Below are positions 1 to 10,799 of a stretch of 64,000 nt of DNA, piece after piece (the first letter of the stretch is position 1; the number at the start of each line of letters is the position of its first letter). Source of the DNA: Octopus sinensis (Eukaryota). The position numbers were made by a program, and so were the translations under genes. Location of the stretch: positions 90,334,001 through 90,398,000 of the forward strand of contig NC_043005.1 of the NCBI RefSeq assembly GCF_006345805.1. The letters run 5' to 3'. The notes beneath the pieces are model-generated. The model made no database searches, was not told the DNA's origin, and saw only the letters and a list, made by a program, of their open reading frames with translations.

Positions 1-889
1 ATGTCCCTTTAAATCAGGTCAACTTTGCCTTTTATTCTCTCTGAAATCAATAAAACAAGTCTGAAAGAAAGTACTGGAATCAATATTATTAACAGAAACA
101 AATTCTCTGAAGGCTGTGCTACAGCATGGCCGTAACCCAATGAATGTAACTTAATGCAAAAAAATTATCAAATATATTTTTTAAAAATAGAAACAGCATT
201 ACAGCTTTTTATTTGTGTTGAAGTTATTTATAAAACTGATGTTAACAACAGCTTAATGATTTGTTAATTAGGCATGAAAAGTGGTGGGGGGAGCAAAATT
301 AGATGAGGATGGGTAAGAGGGTGGGAAGGAGGGAAAAATTGCTGGATTCATGTTCTGTTAACTCACCTCCATCACCCCAAGAGACTTTTTAGAGCACAAT
401 ATATAGAAGCTGTATATTTCAATTGCTTATAGAACAAGCCAACAAAAGGGAGCTAGAATTTTAAGGGAGTGGAACTGCAAGCATATAAGAACCCACGGGA
501 GCATATCTATGCTTCAGAAAATAGTAATGAGTTCATAATTTTATAAATTCAGAGCCATGCAACTGCCATTAAATTGCTGTTCTGGTTTTTGTGGCTGAAA
601 CTTGTTTTCGCTTTTTTTATCCTTTTGCATATGAGTTTTAAAGAGCATTCGAGCGTGGTTTCAAATTTCATTGTTGGGAAGGTGTTCCCCCACCCCTACT
701 CTACATATTCTCTCGATCTGCTAAAAATAGCAGCAGCCAAATTTCCCCTTAAACCATCACCACCACCATCACCATCGCCATCATCTTTGTTTTATATGTG
801 CACATTTTTACCGTTGCATGAGTCAAGGAAGATTATGTTGGTGCAGTGTTTTTTATGCTCTCCTTCCTGTTGTTAACCTCTACTTGTTT

Positions 890-1385
890 CCAGGTGGAAT
901 ACTAGTCTCCCAGTCTGCTGAACAGCAAACAAGCTGGACATGTTTATTTGGAGAACTAGAAACAAATGACACCATTGCAACAAGTCTATGAAGAGGTTTT
1001 ATCTCAGACAATTCCACAACATCGTGCCATAAAGAGTAAGCTACAAACCGTCATTTGCACCACATTCTCAGGATCTGGTGCCTGGACAAAATTTCAAACA
1101 GAAGTCTGTAAGACAGAACAAGCCAAGAAATTCTGAAGAGGAAATGGGACTCGATTGGTCACACTCTAAGGAAACTTCCAAGCAGCATTACAAGACAAGA
1201 GTTAGACTGGCAACCAGAAGGAAGGAGGAAGGTTCCTGGAGGAGCTAAGAAGACTTGGAAAGGATGCATGGAAGATGAGGCGGAAACAGTCAGTCTCTCT
1301 TGATTGGAAATCCAAGAAGTAGCCCAAGATTGCATTCACTGGCATGAAATAGTCATGGCTCTATGCTCCTTAAGGAGTAATATGA
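890..1385 (+). mobile_element. Decayed RTE-type LINE, 3' ORF fragment
   Basis: From about 1139 reads RKWDSIGHTLRKLPSSITRQELDWQPEGRRK...KKTWKGCMEDEAETVSLS*LEIQEVAQDCIHWHEIVMALCS, matching the RTE C-terminus (W.WIGHTLRK...W.P.G.R..GRPK.TW...D...W...V.ALC); internal stop and frameshifts. Confidence 0.8.
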
Positions 1386-1492
1386 ACCAACTAATGCCGT
1401 AAAATGGTCGTGTATACACTTGAGTGTGATACACAGTTGGTAAGACAATATCATTTTCATTGCTGTTTAGGTTTTAATGCTTATCATCATCA

Positions 1493-1677
1493 TCATTGTT
1501 CGACCGTGGTCGAGACTTTCAGTCTTTTCAAATGGCTAATAATGTGTGCGCGCGCCACTACTACACACATAATGCTTAACCACAATGACAGCTTAAATGA
1601 CAGAGACAGGAGGTCATTTAAACAGATAAAGAACCATAAAGAATGAATATATAGATTATGTCGGTTATTCATATATA
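1493..1677 (-). other. Possible terminal coding exon (unverified)
   Basis: Minus-strand acceptor TTTTACTTACAG (AG at 1679-1678), then 60 open codons YMNNRHNLYIHSLWFFICLNDLLSLSFKLSLWLSIMCVVVARAHIISHLKRLKVSTTVEQ*; no homology recognised; (TGA)n after the stop also resembles a retroposon tail. Confidence 0.2.
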
Positions 1678-2866
1678 CTGTAAGTAAAACTACTGCATTA
1701 TCTAATGTGTCTGATCATGTTTTTAAAATGGTAGGAGTGTAATTTGAGAGGGGTTTGACTGTTATTTCTAGCACAGTGTGTGACTGTGTAGATATACTTG
1801 TGATACTGTAACAGGCAAAAATGAATGGTCCTGATTGGGAAAATTTATGAACTAAGCTAAGTGTGGGAAATTTAGCTTTGAATCACATCCAATAAGGGTG
1901 GGGGAAGGGGATTTAATCAATCTAAGGTGTTTAACTCGGCTGGCAAATTGCCGATAAAAACAAACTTTACCAAAATATTTTTTATTAGATAATAGACTGA
2001 TGGACCAAATGCCTGGAGTTATTTTGCTCTATTTCTTTAGATTTCAAGTTCAAATCTTATCAGGCCAACTTTTCTCTTTCATTTTTCTAGGTCTAATAAA
2101 ATTAAGTAGCTGTCATGTACTGGGGGTTGATATAATGTACAATTACACTGGAATGTATAATAGAATATAGCACAATGTAGAATACCAGCACATATTATAT
2201 TGTCAGTTGACTATACATGTAGCTAAAAGTAATATTTCTGCATGGCAAGACATGTTTTCATGGAGCATTAGAAATGAATGACCATGCCATCTCAAGCCAA
2301 GGTGACCCCCCCCCCACACACACACCCATATTGGGTGTACATTTTCACACTGAGTGAAATGATGAGGGAATCTAATGAAGGACTTATCTAAACAATCACC
2401 TGAGAGCATGCATTTTACACCTTGGATGTATGATAAGGATTACACAACACCTCACACCAATGTACTACAGGTATAAAAATGGGTTGAAAGAATTGTAGTG
2501 ATTTTAAGTAAAGAATGTCATTCATTTTACTTTCTATCAGTTTATCCATCTATCCTTCCATCCATTCGTCCCTCTCTTTATATATATATATCATCATCGT
2601 CGTTTAACGTCCGTTCTCCATGCTAGCATGGGTTGGACGGTTCGACCGGGGTTCTGGGAAGCCAGAAGGCTGCACCAGGCTCCAGTCTAATTTGGCAATG
2701 TTTCTACAGCTGGATGCCCTTCCTAACGCCAACCACTCCGTGAGTGTAGTGGGTGCTTTTTACGTGCCACCTGCACAGGTGCCAGGCGGGGCTGGCAACG
2801 GCCACGGTCAGATTGGTGTATTTTATGTGCCACCGGCACGGAAGCCAGTCGAGGCGGTGCTGGCAT

Positions 2867-3316
2867 CGGCCACGAGTCGGATAGTGCTTTTTACGTACCA
2901 CCAGACCAGGGATCCTGGCTGGTTCAATTCGATTCGATTTCGCTTGCCCCAACATGTCTTCACAAGCAAAGGGGGTTGGCAAGGGTGCCTGTCGTACGTT
3001 CGCATTGGAGTATTTTACGTGCCACGGCCACGAGTCGGATAGTGCTTTTTACGTACCACCAGACCAGGGATCCTGGCTGGTTCAATTCGATTTCGATTCC
3101 GCTTGCCCCAACATGTCTTCACAAGCAAAGGGGGTTGGCATGGGTGCCTGTCGTACGGTCGCATTGGAGTATTTTACGTGCCACGGCCCCGAGTCGGATA
3201 GTGCTTTTTACGTACCACCAGGCCAGGGATCCTGGCTGGTTCAATTCGGTTTCGATTTCGCTTGCCCCAACATGTCTTCGCAAGCATGGGGGGTTGGGAT
3301 GGGTGTCTGTCGTCGG
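2867..3316. repeat. About 2.8 tandem copies of a 158-159 bp unit inside the RTE 3'UTR
   Basis: Units start CGGCC(A/C)CGAGTCGGATAGTGC at 2867, 3025 and 3184; nearly identical. Confidence 0.9.
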
Positions 3317-3396
3317 ATGAGGTTCTATATCGACTTCGCTTGCCTCAACCGGTCTTTGTGTCCAAGGGAGGAAAGGCATTCATAAGTGGGCTGGGC

Positions 3397-3986
3397 TCAC
3401 TTGTCCTGCCTGGTCTTCTCACGTACAGAATATTTCCAAAGGTCTCGGTCTCTGGTCATTTCCTCAGTGAGGCCTAAAGTTCGAAGGTCGTGCTTCACCA
3501 CCTCGTCCCAGGTTTTCCTGGGTCTACCTCTTCCACGGGTTCCCTCAACTGCTAGGGATTGGCACTTTCTCACACACCTATCTTCATCCATTCTCGCCAC
3601 ATGACCATACCAGTGCAATCGTCTCTCTTGCACACCACAACTGATGCTTCTTAGGTACAACATTTCTCTCAAGGTGCTAACGCTCTGTCGAGTATGTACA
3701 CTGACATTACACATCCATCGGAGCATACTGGCTTCATTCCTCACGAGCTTACGCATGTCCTCAGCAGTCACAGCCCATGTTTCGCTGCCATGTAGCATGG
3801 CTGTTCGTACACACGCATCATACAGTCTGCCTTTTACTCTGAGCGAGAGGCCTTTAGTCACCAGCAGAGGTAAGAGCTCCCTAAACTTTGCCCAGGCTAT
3901 TCTTATTCTAGCAGTTACACTTTCAGCACACCCACCCCCACTACTGACTTGGTCACCTAGATAACGGAAGCTATCAACTACTTCTA

Positions 3987-3987
<1 letters not shown>
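3397..3987 (-). CDS. RTE LINE ORF, C-terminal RT/thumb region (5'-truncated, no start)
   Basis: LEVVDSFRYLGDQVSSGGGCAESVTARIRIAWAKFRELLPLLVTKGLSLRVKGRLYDACVRTAMLHGSETW...RRLHWYGHVARM...GRGRPRKTWDEVVKHDL; no internal stop. Confidence 0.9.
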
Positions 3988-4026
<39 letters not shown>

Positions 4027-4155
4027 TTATTTATATTTATATTTATATATTGATAGAAATGGCAAGACAACAAAAGAATGAAAGAGACCTTGATATTATG
4101 TAAATAGAGGAAATTTATCTGTAAATGTAATATGAGACAATTATTCGGTAGCCAA

Positions 4156-4216
4156 GATAAAACTCCGAGTTTCAGATGTCGGGGCGGAAATCCACTCCGG
4201 CATCTCTTTAGTTATC
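4156..4216 (-). ncRNA. Hammerhead-like motif (F1), G5A-mutated
   Basis: Reverse complement: GATAA CTAAAGA GATGCCGG..CCGACATC T GAAA CTC G GAG T T TTATC. Confidence 0.5.
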
Positions 4217-4245
4217 GGGCCATCGAAAAAATGCTATGATGGCCT

Positions 4246-4306
4246 GATAACTGAAGAGATGCTGGCATGGGTTTCCACCCCGACATCTGAAATTTGGAGT
4301 TTTATC
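4246..4306 (+). ncRNA. Minimal type-I hammerhead-like motif (F1), core intact
   Basis: GATAA CTGAAGA GATGCTGG..CCGACATC T GAAA TTT G GAG T T TTATC: stem I GATAA/TTATC, core CUGAAGA and GAAA, GUU site at 4299-4301; one extra nt before G12. Confidence 0.6.
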
Positions 4307-4357
4307 ATGGCTACCAATAATTGTTACATTATATTTACATATATATATACACATATA

Positions 4358-4407
<50 letters not shown>

Positions 4408-4560
4408 AATTAATAAATAAATAAAATATAAGCATATATACATACATATATGTACGTACCTACCTCTACATGTATATATACATGCATGTATGGGTACAGG
4501 ACACCAAAAAAACGTCGAACACAATGAGAAACGAAAACATAAACACAAAACCAAAGAAAT

Positions 4561-4720
4561 CTGTAAAATAATATGTGACAATTATTCAATAGCCAAGATA
4601 AAACTCTGAATTTTGGATGCCGAGGTGGAAATCCACAACACCATCTCTTCGGTTATCTGGCCATCTCTATTTACATAATATTGAGGTCTCTTTCTTTCTT
4701 TTGTTATCTTACCGTTTTTA

Positions 4721-4722
<2 letters not shown>
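4561..4722. mobile_element. F1 repeat: inverted 5' part plus forward 3' end, with degenerate hammerhead on minus strand (about 4597-4657)
   Basis: Reverse complement GATAA CCGAAGA GATGGTG..CGGCATC C AAAA TTC A GAG T T TTATC; 3' end CTTACCGTTTTTACC followed by (AT)n. Confidence 0.65.
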
Positions 4723-4755
<33 letters not shown>

Positions 4756-5450
4756 GGATTCTTTCAGTTTCTGTCTAGCAAATCCACCCACAAGGCTTTG
4801 GTTGGACAAGGGTTATAGAAGAAGGCACTTGGCATGTGGACATGTATGGTGTACATGTGTGCAGTTATGTATGTGCTGCAAAGTTGCGTTATTTCATTTT
4901 AAAGTTGTGTTACCTGCAAACACCTGTTGCTACATGTTTAAACATTCATTTTATAATTGCACGTTCTTAAAATTGTAAAATATTTACAATTGTTATAAAT
5001 ATAGATATCCACTTACAGCAGTCTGTGTTACCAAATTGCTTCATGTGATAATGAATGAGCTTCTATATGGTTGCTCACTCTGCTAAAAACAACAGCCAAA
5101 TTTCTTTCAATCAAGCTCCAATGTTGTTAGAAAAAGAACACCTTTGAAATAACATGGTCCAGGATATTCTACCAAAACAAAATTAATAAAAAGAAAGACG
5201 ACAGGATGGTCATGGTTGGAATATTTTTGATCATAAGTCTACTCAGTCATGGTTGCACTAGAGCTAAACAGCAACCAAATGATGTTATGAAGTTAGCCCT
5301 AACCTTGACCCTTTATAATGAAAAAGGAAACCTATCTGAGGATATCTGATATTTTACCCTAAACTTGATTTCGTTTGATAAAAAATATACTAAAATAAAG
5401 ACAAAAGAAAACTTACTTCATTTTTGCTTAAGCTTATTCTATTATGTTAT

Positions 5451-5775
5451 GTGAAGGCGCATGGCTTAGTGGTTAGGGCATTCGGCTCACCATCGTAAGG
5501 TCGTCAGTTCAATTCCCAGTGATGTGTTCTGTCCTTGAGTGAGACACTTTATTTCATGTTACTCCAGTCTACTCAGCTGGCAAAAATGAGCAGTACCTGT
5601 ACTTCAAGGGAGCCAGCCTTGTCACACTCTGTGTCATGCTGAATCTCCCTGAGAACTATGTTAGGGGTACACGTGTCTATGGATTACTCAGCCACTTGCA
5701 TGTTAATTTCACAAGCAAGCTGTTCCGTTGATCATATCAGCTGGAACCCTCATCATCATAACCGACAGAGTGCTC
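5451..5775 (+). mobile_element. tRNA-derived SINE (family D)
   Basis: A box TGGCTTAGTGG 5462-5472, B box AGTTCAATTCCC 5506-5517; body shared with 5828-6142 and 24405-25020. Confidence 0.8.
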
Positions 5776-5827
5776 CTTTTATTATGTTATACAAGCAGAG
5801 TCATTACTTAGAAATACTATATTTAAA

Positions 5828-6142
5828 CCTCGGTTACTACGACAGAGGCCCCAGTTGGTTCTATTCATAAAGCTGCCTGCTTGTGAAATTAATATACATG
5901 TGACCGAGCGCTCCTCACACACATTCAACCTTAACATAGTTCTTGGGCAGATTCAGCATTACACAGAATGGGACAAGGCTGACCCTTTGAATTACCGGTA
6001 CAACTCATTTCTCCCAGCTGAGCAGACTGCAACAGCATGAAACAAAGTGTTTTGCTCAAGGAGACAACGATCTGCTAGGTATTGAACTCATGTCCTTACA
6101 ATTATGAACTGAATACCCTAAACACTAAGCCATGCACCAGCA
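5828..6142 (-). mobile_element. tRNA-derived SINE (family D), inverted relative to 5451-5775
   Basis: Reverse complement begins GGTGCATGGCTTAGTGTTTAGGG..GAGTTCAATACC and is colinear with the upstream copy. Confidence 0.8.
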
Positions 6143-6223
6143 TACCAGGTACAATACTTATATTTTAATCATTGGCATGGCTATATAGGCACAGGTGTGG
6201 TCATATAGGTGGTGGCATGGCTG

Positions 6224-6367
6224 TGTGGTTAAGAAGCTCTCTTTGCAATCACATGGTTTTGGGTTCTATCCCACTGCACAGCACCTTGGGCAAGTATCTT
6301 CTATGATAGCTCCAGCCCAATCAATACCTTGGAAGTAAATTAGGTAGGTGGAAACTGTGTAAGCAGC

Positions 6368-6410
<43 letters not shown>

Positions 6411-6700
6411 CGTTGTTCCTTGGCTTGACATCACATAATAGCTGTAAATGAGTGTCACCATCATACAAGCAGTGTCATTTGTTTCCAGCCTTCCCTGACA
6501 GCATGTCCAGTCATGGGGAAATATTACTTTGATTGGAAACAAGGGAATGTTGGCAACAGGAAGGGCATTCAGGGTGCAGAAAATTTGCCTCAACAAATAC
6601 TCTCTGACTCATGCAAGCAAGGGAAACAGAACATTAAAATAATGACATCAATGACGATGATGGTGGTGGTGGTGGTGGTGGTAACGATGATGATGATAAT
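6224..6700 (+). mobile_element. SINE family A2 (A head, internal (TG)n, RTE-like tail)
   Basis: GGCTGTGTGGTTAAG head, CCTTGGGCAAGT motif, (TG)n, GGAAGGGCATTCAG, CATGCAAGCA..(ATG)n tail. Confidence 0.75.
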
Positions 6701-7639
6701 GATGATTAATTAGTAAAGTTGTGGAATATTACGAAACACTAATTAATCTTGTTATTTTATTTTCTCTTCTCATTTTCCCAATTCTTATTTCGTTTGTATG
6801 TTGAATGTTCTAATTAAGAGCATTGCAATTTGAGTAGCCAGACTATTGCTTAACGAGACTGACAGTAATTTTGCTATTGTCCTTGTGAGCTTTTGCTGAC
6901 ATACTTGCTGCTATGAATTTACTCAATTAAAAGAAAATTAATTAAATTAGATATCACAGACCTAAAGAATTAGTAAATAATTCTTTAAAGTGTGCACTGC
7001 ACCATCACCTCTTAGATCTAACCATTAAAATGTTAGGTGCCACAATTTATACCTTTTTGTTTGCTTGATTCCTTCAGTGTTTCAGAAAGTAAATTGGTGA
7101 TTTGCAGTGCTTGAGAAGATCCATCCAGCTAAGCACAATTGAGGCCCTAAAGGCATGTCCTTTTTGTCCATCTTACTTCCTCACACACAAAATATGTTCC
7201 CTGAAAAACCTCTTCCCCCCATAATCCATTTCCTTGACCCTTTCATCCCCCCTCCCACCACCACCACTTGAACTCACCATCCATTGTATTACCCTCCCCT
7301 CTATTTCCCCACTCTCCTTCATGAACCTACCTGCTCACAGTTTGTCCCTGTTTTTCCCACAACACACCCTTCTAATATGCCCTCCCCTTGTCTGTGTCCA
7401 CTCATTGCATTCCCTCCACCCACCATCTTCTGCCCTCCTTTTGCAACATCACAAACTTACCCACCCACCCAAACCCCTAATCCACTTCACTAAATACACC
7501 TCCCTGTAACTTGCGGGTGTTCTCCCCCCCCCATCATCTCATCTTTACCATCTTATCTCCCCCCACCTGAGACAACCATGTTTCTTCTCTAGTGCAACAC
7601 ACCTATTCCTGTCCATCAATAATACTCCTCCATCTCAGT

Positions 7640-7855
7640 TGAAGGGCCTTGTCTTCCAAGATTTTTGGAAAAAGCACCCACCACTCTCTGTAAAGTGGTT
7701 GGCATTAAGGGTGGCATCCAACCTTTGAAACCTTGCCAAAACAGAAGACAGGGATGGGTGCAGTCTTCTGACTTTGCAGCCAATTCCTACCAACCCATCC
7801 AACCCATGCCAGCATTGAAAACAGTCATTAAACAATGATGATGCTGTTGATGATG
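7640..7855 (+). mobile_element. RTE 3'-tail fragment (family C)
   Basis: AAAAGCACCCACC..GGTTGGCATTAAGG..CCAACCCATGCCAGCAT..(ATG)n. Confidence 0.75.
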
Positions 7856-8099
7856 GTGTACCAGACACCAGTGTAATAATGACAAAGTTATTTTACCAAA
7901 TTCTTTGTTATTCTCAAAATTTATTGAAACAAAGGCAATATATTTCAACAGAAATAAGATCACAAAAGGGTTACCCGTTTTGATACCAGTCCACCTGAGA
8001 CTATGAGGTACAAACTTCCTGTGTTAAAGTGATCTAGGAACAAAACAAAAAACTTGGCAATTCTGAAACAACAATTGTTTACCATATTTCTGTTGAGAT

Positions 8100-8299
8100 G
8101 CAGCACAAAGTTTTGTCAGTGAACAGTTTGCGGTCTCAAAGCGACGAAAATATTTTGACAAATTAAATTTAAATGTTGAAGTGAATCTAACGGTTTTTGT
8201 GTGTTTCTTAAATGGCTTATAAACACCTTCCACGCTGCATTTGTTTTTGTTCCAGCACACCATCTCAGATCAAGTCACTTGCTATGCAAGTACATCTCC
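8100..8299 (+). mobile_element. Penelope-like non-autonomous repeat, family F2
   Basis: Colinear with the reverse complement of 43366-43556; hammerhead-like motif at its 5' end. Confidence 0.7.
8112..8162 (+). ncRNA. Minimal type-I hammerhead-like motif with G3-C8 swap (F2)
   Basis: TTTGTCA GTGAACA GTTTGC GGTCTCAAA GCGAC GAAA ATAT T T TGACAAA: 7-bp stem I, palindromic stem III AATATT, predicted cut after 8155. Confidence 0.65.
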
Positions 8300-8569
8300 A
8301 AAATACTTTTCTTTCATTTTTTTATGAAAACAATGAAGAATTTAGTGAAATAATTGCAATATTAAGTTGGTGTTTGGAAATTTTGATGGCACTTTTAAAT
8401 TTAGATCACTTTAAAGTAGTCTCAGGTTGGTTGGTATCAAATGGGTTAAGTGCTTCCTTGTCAAAATGTATTTTCCTCTTAGCTCTCATCCAATCAAATT
8501 ATTCTTGTTGAGAAGAACATCAGGATTTCCTTGAAATTTAAAATTTTCAGCATTTAATTAATTTCTATG

Positions 8570-8780
8570 GAATTTATTTAGTGTATGTAAAAAGCATTAG
8601 TGCTGGTGCCATGTAAAAAGCACCCTGCACACACTGTAGACTAGTAGGTGTTAGGGAGACATCCAACTGCAGAAACCAAAACAGACTATGGAACCTAGTT
8701 TGGCTCCTGGCCTTGCCAGCTCCTGGTACACCATCCAAACCATGCCAGCATGGAAAACAGATGTTAAATGATGATGATGA
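8570..8780 (+). mobile_element. RTE 3'-tail fragment (family C)
   Basis: GCCATGTAAAAAGCACC..CCAAACCATGCCAGCATGGAAAACAGATGTTAAATGATGATG. Confidence 0.75.
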
Positions 8781-8879
8781 TATATGGTGCAGGCATAGCT
8801 GTGTGGTTAAGAAGTTCACTACCCAACTATTGGGTTCAGGTTCAACCCTCCTGCATGGTACCTTGGTCAAGTGTTTTCT

Positions 8880-9094
8880 TATTTCTTTATTGCCCACAAG
8901 GGGCTAAACATAGAGGGGACAAACAAGGAAAGACAAATGATTAAGTCAATTACATCGACCCCAGTGCGTAACTGGTACTTAATTTACCAACCTCGAAAGG
9001 ATGAAAGGCAAAGTCGACCTTGGCGGAATTTGAACTCAGGCGAAATACCGCTAAGTATTTCGCCTGGCATGCTAACGTTTCTGCCAGCTCACCG
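8880..9094 (-). mobile_element. tRNA-derived SINE family B nested in a family A SINE, 19-bp TSD
   Basis: TSD CCTTGGTCAAGTGTTTTCT at 8861-8879 and 9095-9113; central domain GTCGACTTTGCCTTTCATCCTTTCG..TAAGTACCAG. Confidence 0.9.
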
Positions 9095-9254
9095 CCTTGG
9101 TCAAGTGTTTTCTGTTATAGCCCTAGGCTAATCAAAGCTTTGTGAGTGGATTTGGTTGATCCCTAATGCTTGACTGCTACTCTGTTTTAGTAACTTCAAA
9201 AGAGTTGACTGGAAGGTGTAGGAGTAAATATTCTAAATATTTTCATGGCACAGG

Positions 9255-9606
9255 AGTGATGGGTGGTAAGTAGCTTGCTTACCAACCACATGGTTCCAGG
9301 TTCAGTCCTACTGCTTGACACCTTGGGCTATTGTCTTCTACTATCGTCTTGGGTTGACCAAAGCCTTGTGAGTGGATTTGGTAGAAGGAAACTGAAAGAA
9401 GCCTATTGTATATATATGTGTGTGTTTGTGTGTCTGTGTTGACAACTGATGTTGGTGTGTTTACATCCCCATAACTTAATGGTTTGACAAAAGAGACTGA
9501 TAGAATAAGTACTAGGCTTACAAAGAATAGGTCCTGGGGTCCATCTATTCGACTAAAAGCTGTGCTCCAGCATGGCCACAGTCAACTGACTGAAACAAAT
9601 AAAAGA
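9255..9606 (+). mobile_element. SINE family A1
   Basis: GTAAGTAGCTTGCTTACCAACCACATGG..GTGAGTGGATTTGGTAG..(TG)n..CAGCATGGCCACAGTC..GAAACAAATAAAAGA. Confidence 0.85.
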
Positions 9607-9889
9607 ATGGAATTGATGAAAATCCTAATAGTTAATGGTTGACTCTTGTTAAGGAAGTGAGCCAATCGTCACTCAACAGAAATTTGATATCACTCTCACT
9701 CTTATCTCACAACCACTTCTTTAGTCATCTCTTTAACCTCATTACTTATCTTTCTCCCTCTCTCTTTAAATCTACTCCCTCCCTCCTCGACAACTCTCTT
9801 GTGGCCCCACCCTAAATGTCACTCTCTCTTACTAGCTCTTTATCCATCTCTATAGCTTTTTCTTTCCGAAATCGATCAATGGAAATCGA

Positions 9890-10262
9890 TCAATGGAAAT
9901 TGCAGATGTGTTACCAGTGCCGGTGGCATGTAAGAGAACTTTCCGTTTCGCGACCGTTGCCAGCACCGCCCCGTTTCGTGTCCGTTGCCAGCCTCGCCTG
10001 GCCCTCGTGCCGGTGGCACATAAAAAGCACCATCCGTTCGTGGCCGTTTGCCAGCTCTGTCTGGCACCAGTGCGGGTGGCACGTAAAAAGCACCCACTAC
10101 ACTCACGGAGTGGTTGGCGTTAGGAAGGGCATCCAGCCGTAGAAACACTGCCAGATTTGACTGGGCCTGATGAAGCCTTCTGGCTTCACAGACCCCAGTA
10201 GAACCGTCCAACCCATGCTAGCATGGAAAACGGACGCTAAACGATGATGATGATGATGATGA
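9890..10262 (+). mobile_element. RTE 3'UTR fragment (family C), young
   Basis: Repeated GTGCCGGTGGCA(C/T)(G/A)TAAAAAGCACC modules, GGAAGGGCATCCAG, tail GGACGCTAAACGATGATG. Confidence 0.88.
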
Positions 10263-10799
10263 CCCCCACCCCTTCTTATCTCCTTTATTCTTTCTTCTCT
10301 CCCTCCCCATTTCTCTCTCAGGAATACTTCCCCTCTTCCCACTCCGCCTTCTCTTAGCTCTTTATCCCTTTCTCTCTCCTTTCTCTTTGCACTTCTCTCT
10401 CTACTTAAAGCTCTTTCTTGCACTCTCTAGCCCTAGCTCTCTCCCTCTCTTGCTCTCCCAACCTTGATCATTGGATATTGACCTCAACAAATTCAATCTG
10501 ACCAGGCACACATAGACACATAGAAAAGCACATGTTCAAATAATGATGGCGGTGATGATGAATCAAAAGGGGTGAAATAGCAGAATTGGAAGAGTGATTA
10601 GATTAGGGGTCCCCCCCCACTTTATACTGTGAGTTGAAATGCCATTAGGGTCAAATTTGCTTTTCCTTCTTCCAGGGTCTTTAAAATTAGTACCAAGTAC
10701 ATATATCTAAGTTGATGTAAATATGTAGCTTGTATGCCAATGTTAGAAATCATTTTATAAATTCGTGAATTTTGTAAGAAAGTTGGAGTTGTATTCTTT

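Larger units (their letters stand above)
2590..3987 (-). mobile_element. Young 5'-truncated RTE-clade LINE with long 3'UTR, inserted in (TA)n
   Basis: Open RT/C-terminal frame 3987-3397, 3'UTR 3396-2590 ending CCAACCCATGCTAGCATGGAGAACGGACGTTAAACGACGATGATGA; (TA)n on both flanks; CpGs retained. Confidence 0.92.
4048..4339. mobile_element. Penelope-like non-autonomous repeat, family F1, head-to-head fold-back pair
   Basis: 4121-4225 is the reverse complement of 4237-4339, about 11 nt loop; embedded in (TA)n; same family at 4561-4722 and 19149-19348. Confidence 0.7.

Noticed and set aside
2954-3385. 143-aa and overlapping ORFs on both strands
   Set aside because: GC-rich tandem repeats in the RTE 3'UTR; repeat units shift frame and no domain is recognised.
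6704-6748. GATTAAT..GAAACACTA ATTAATC hammerhead-like spacing (weaker cases at 17.38, 13.55 and 38.61 kb)
   Set aside because: Core does not match and stem III cannot pair; single copies in AT-rich DNA, chance plausible.
10164-10200. CTGATGA in an RTE tail copy
   Set aside because: Point variant of CCTGGTGCAG in other copies; no GAAA partner.
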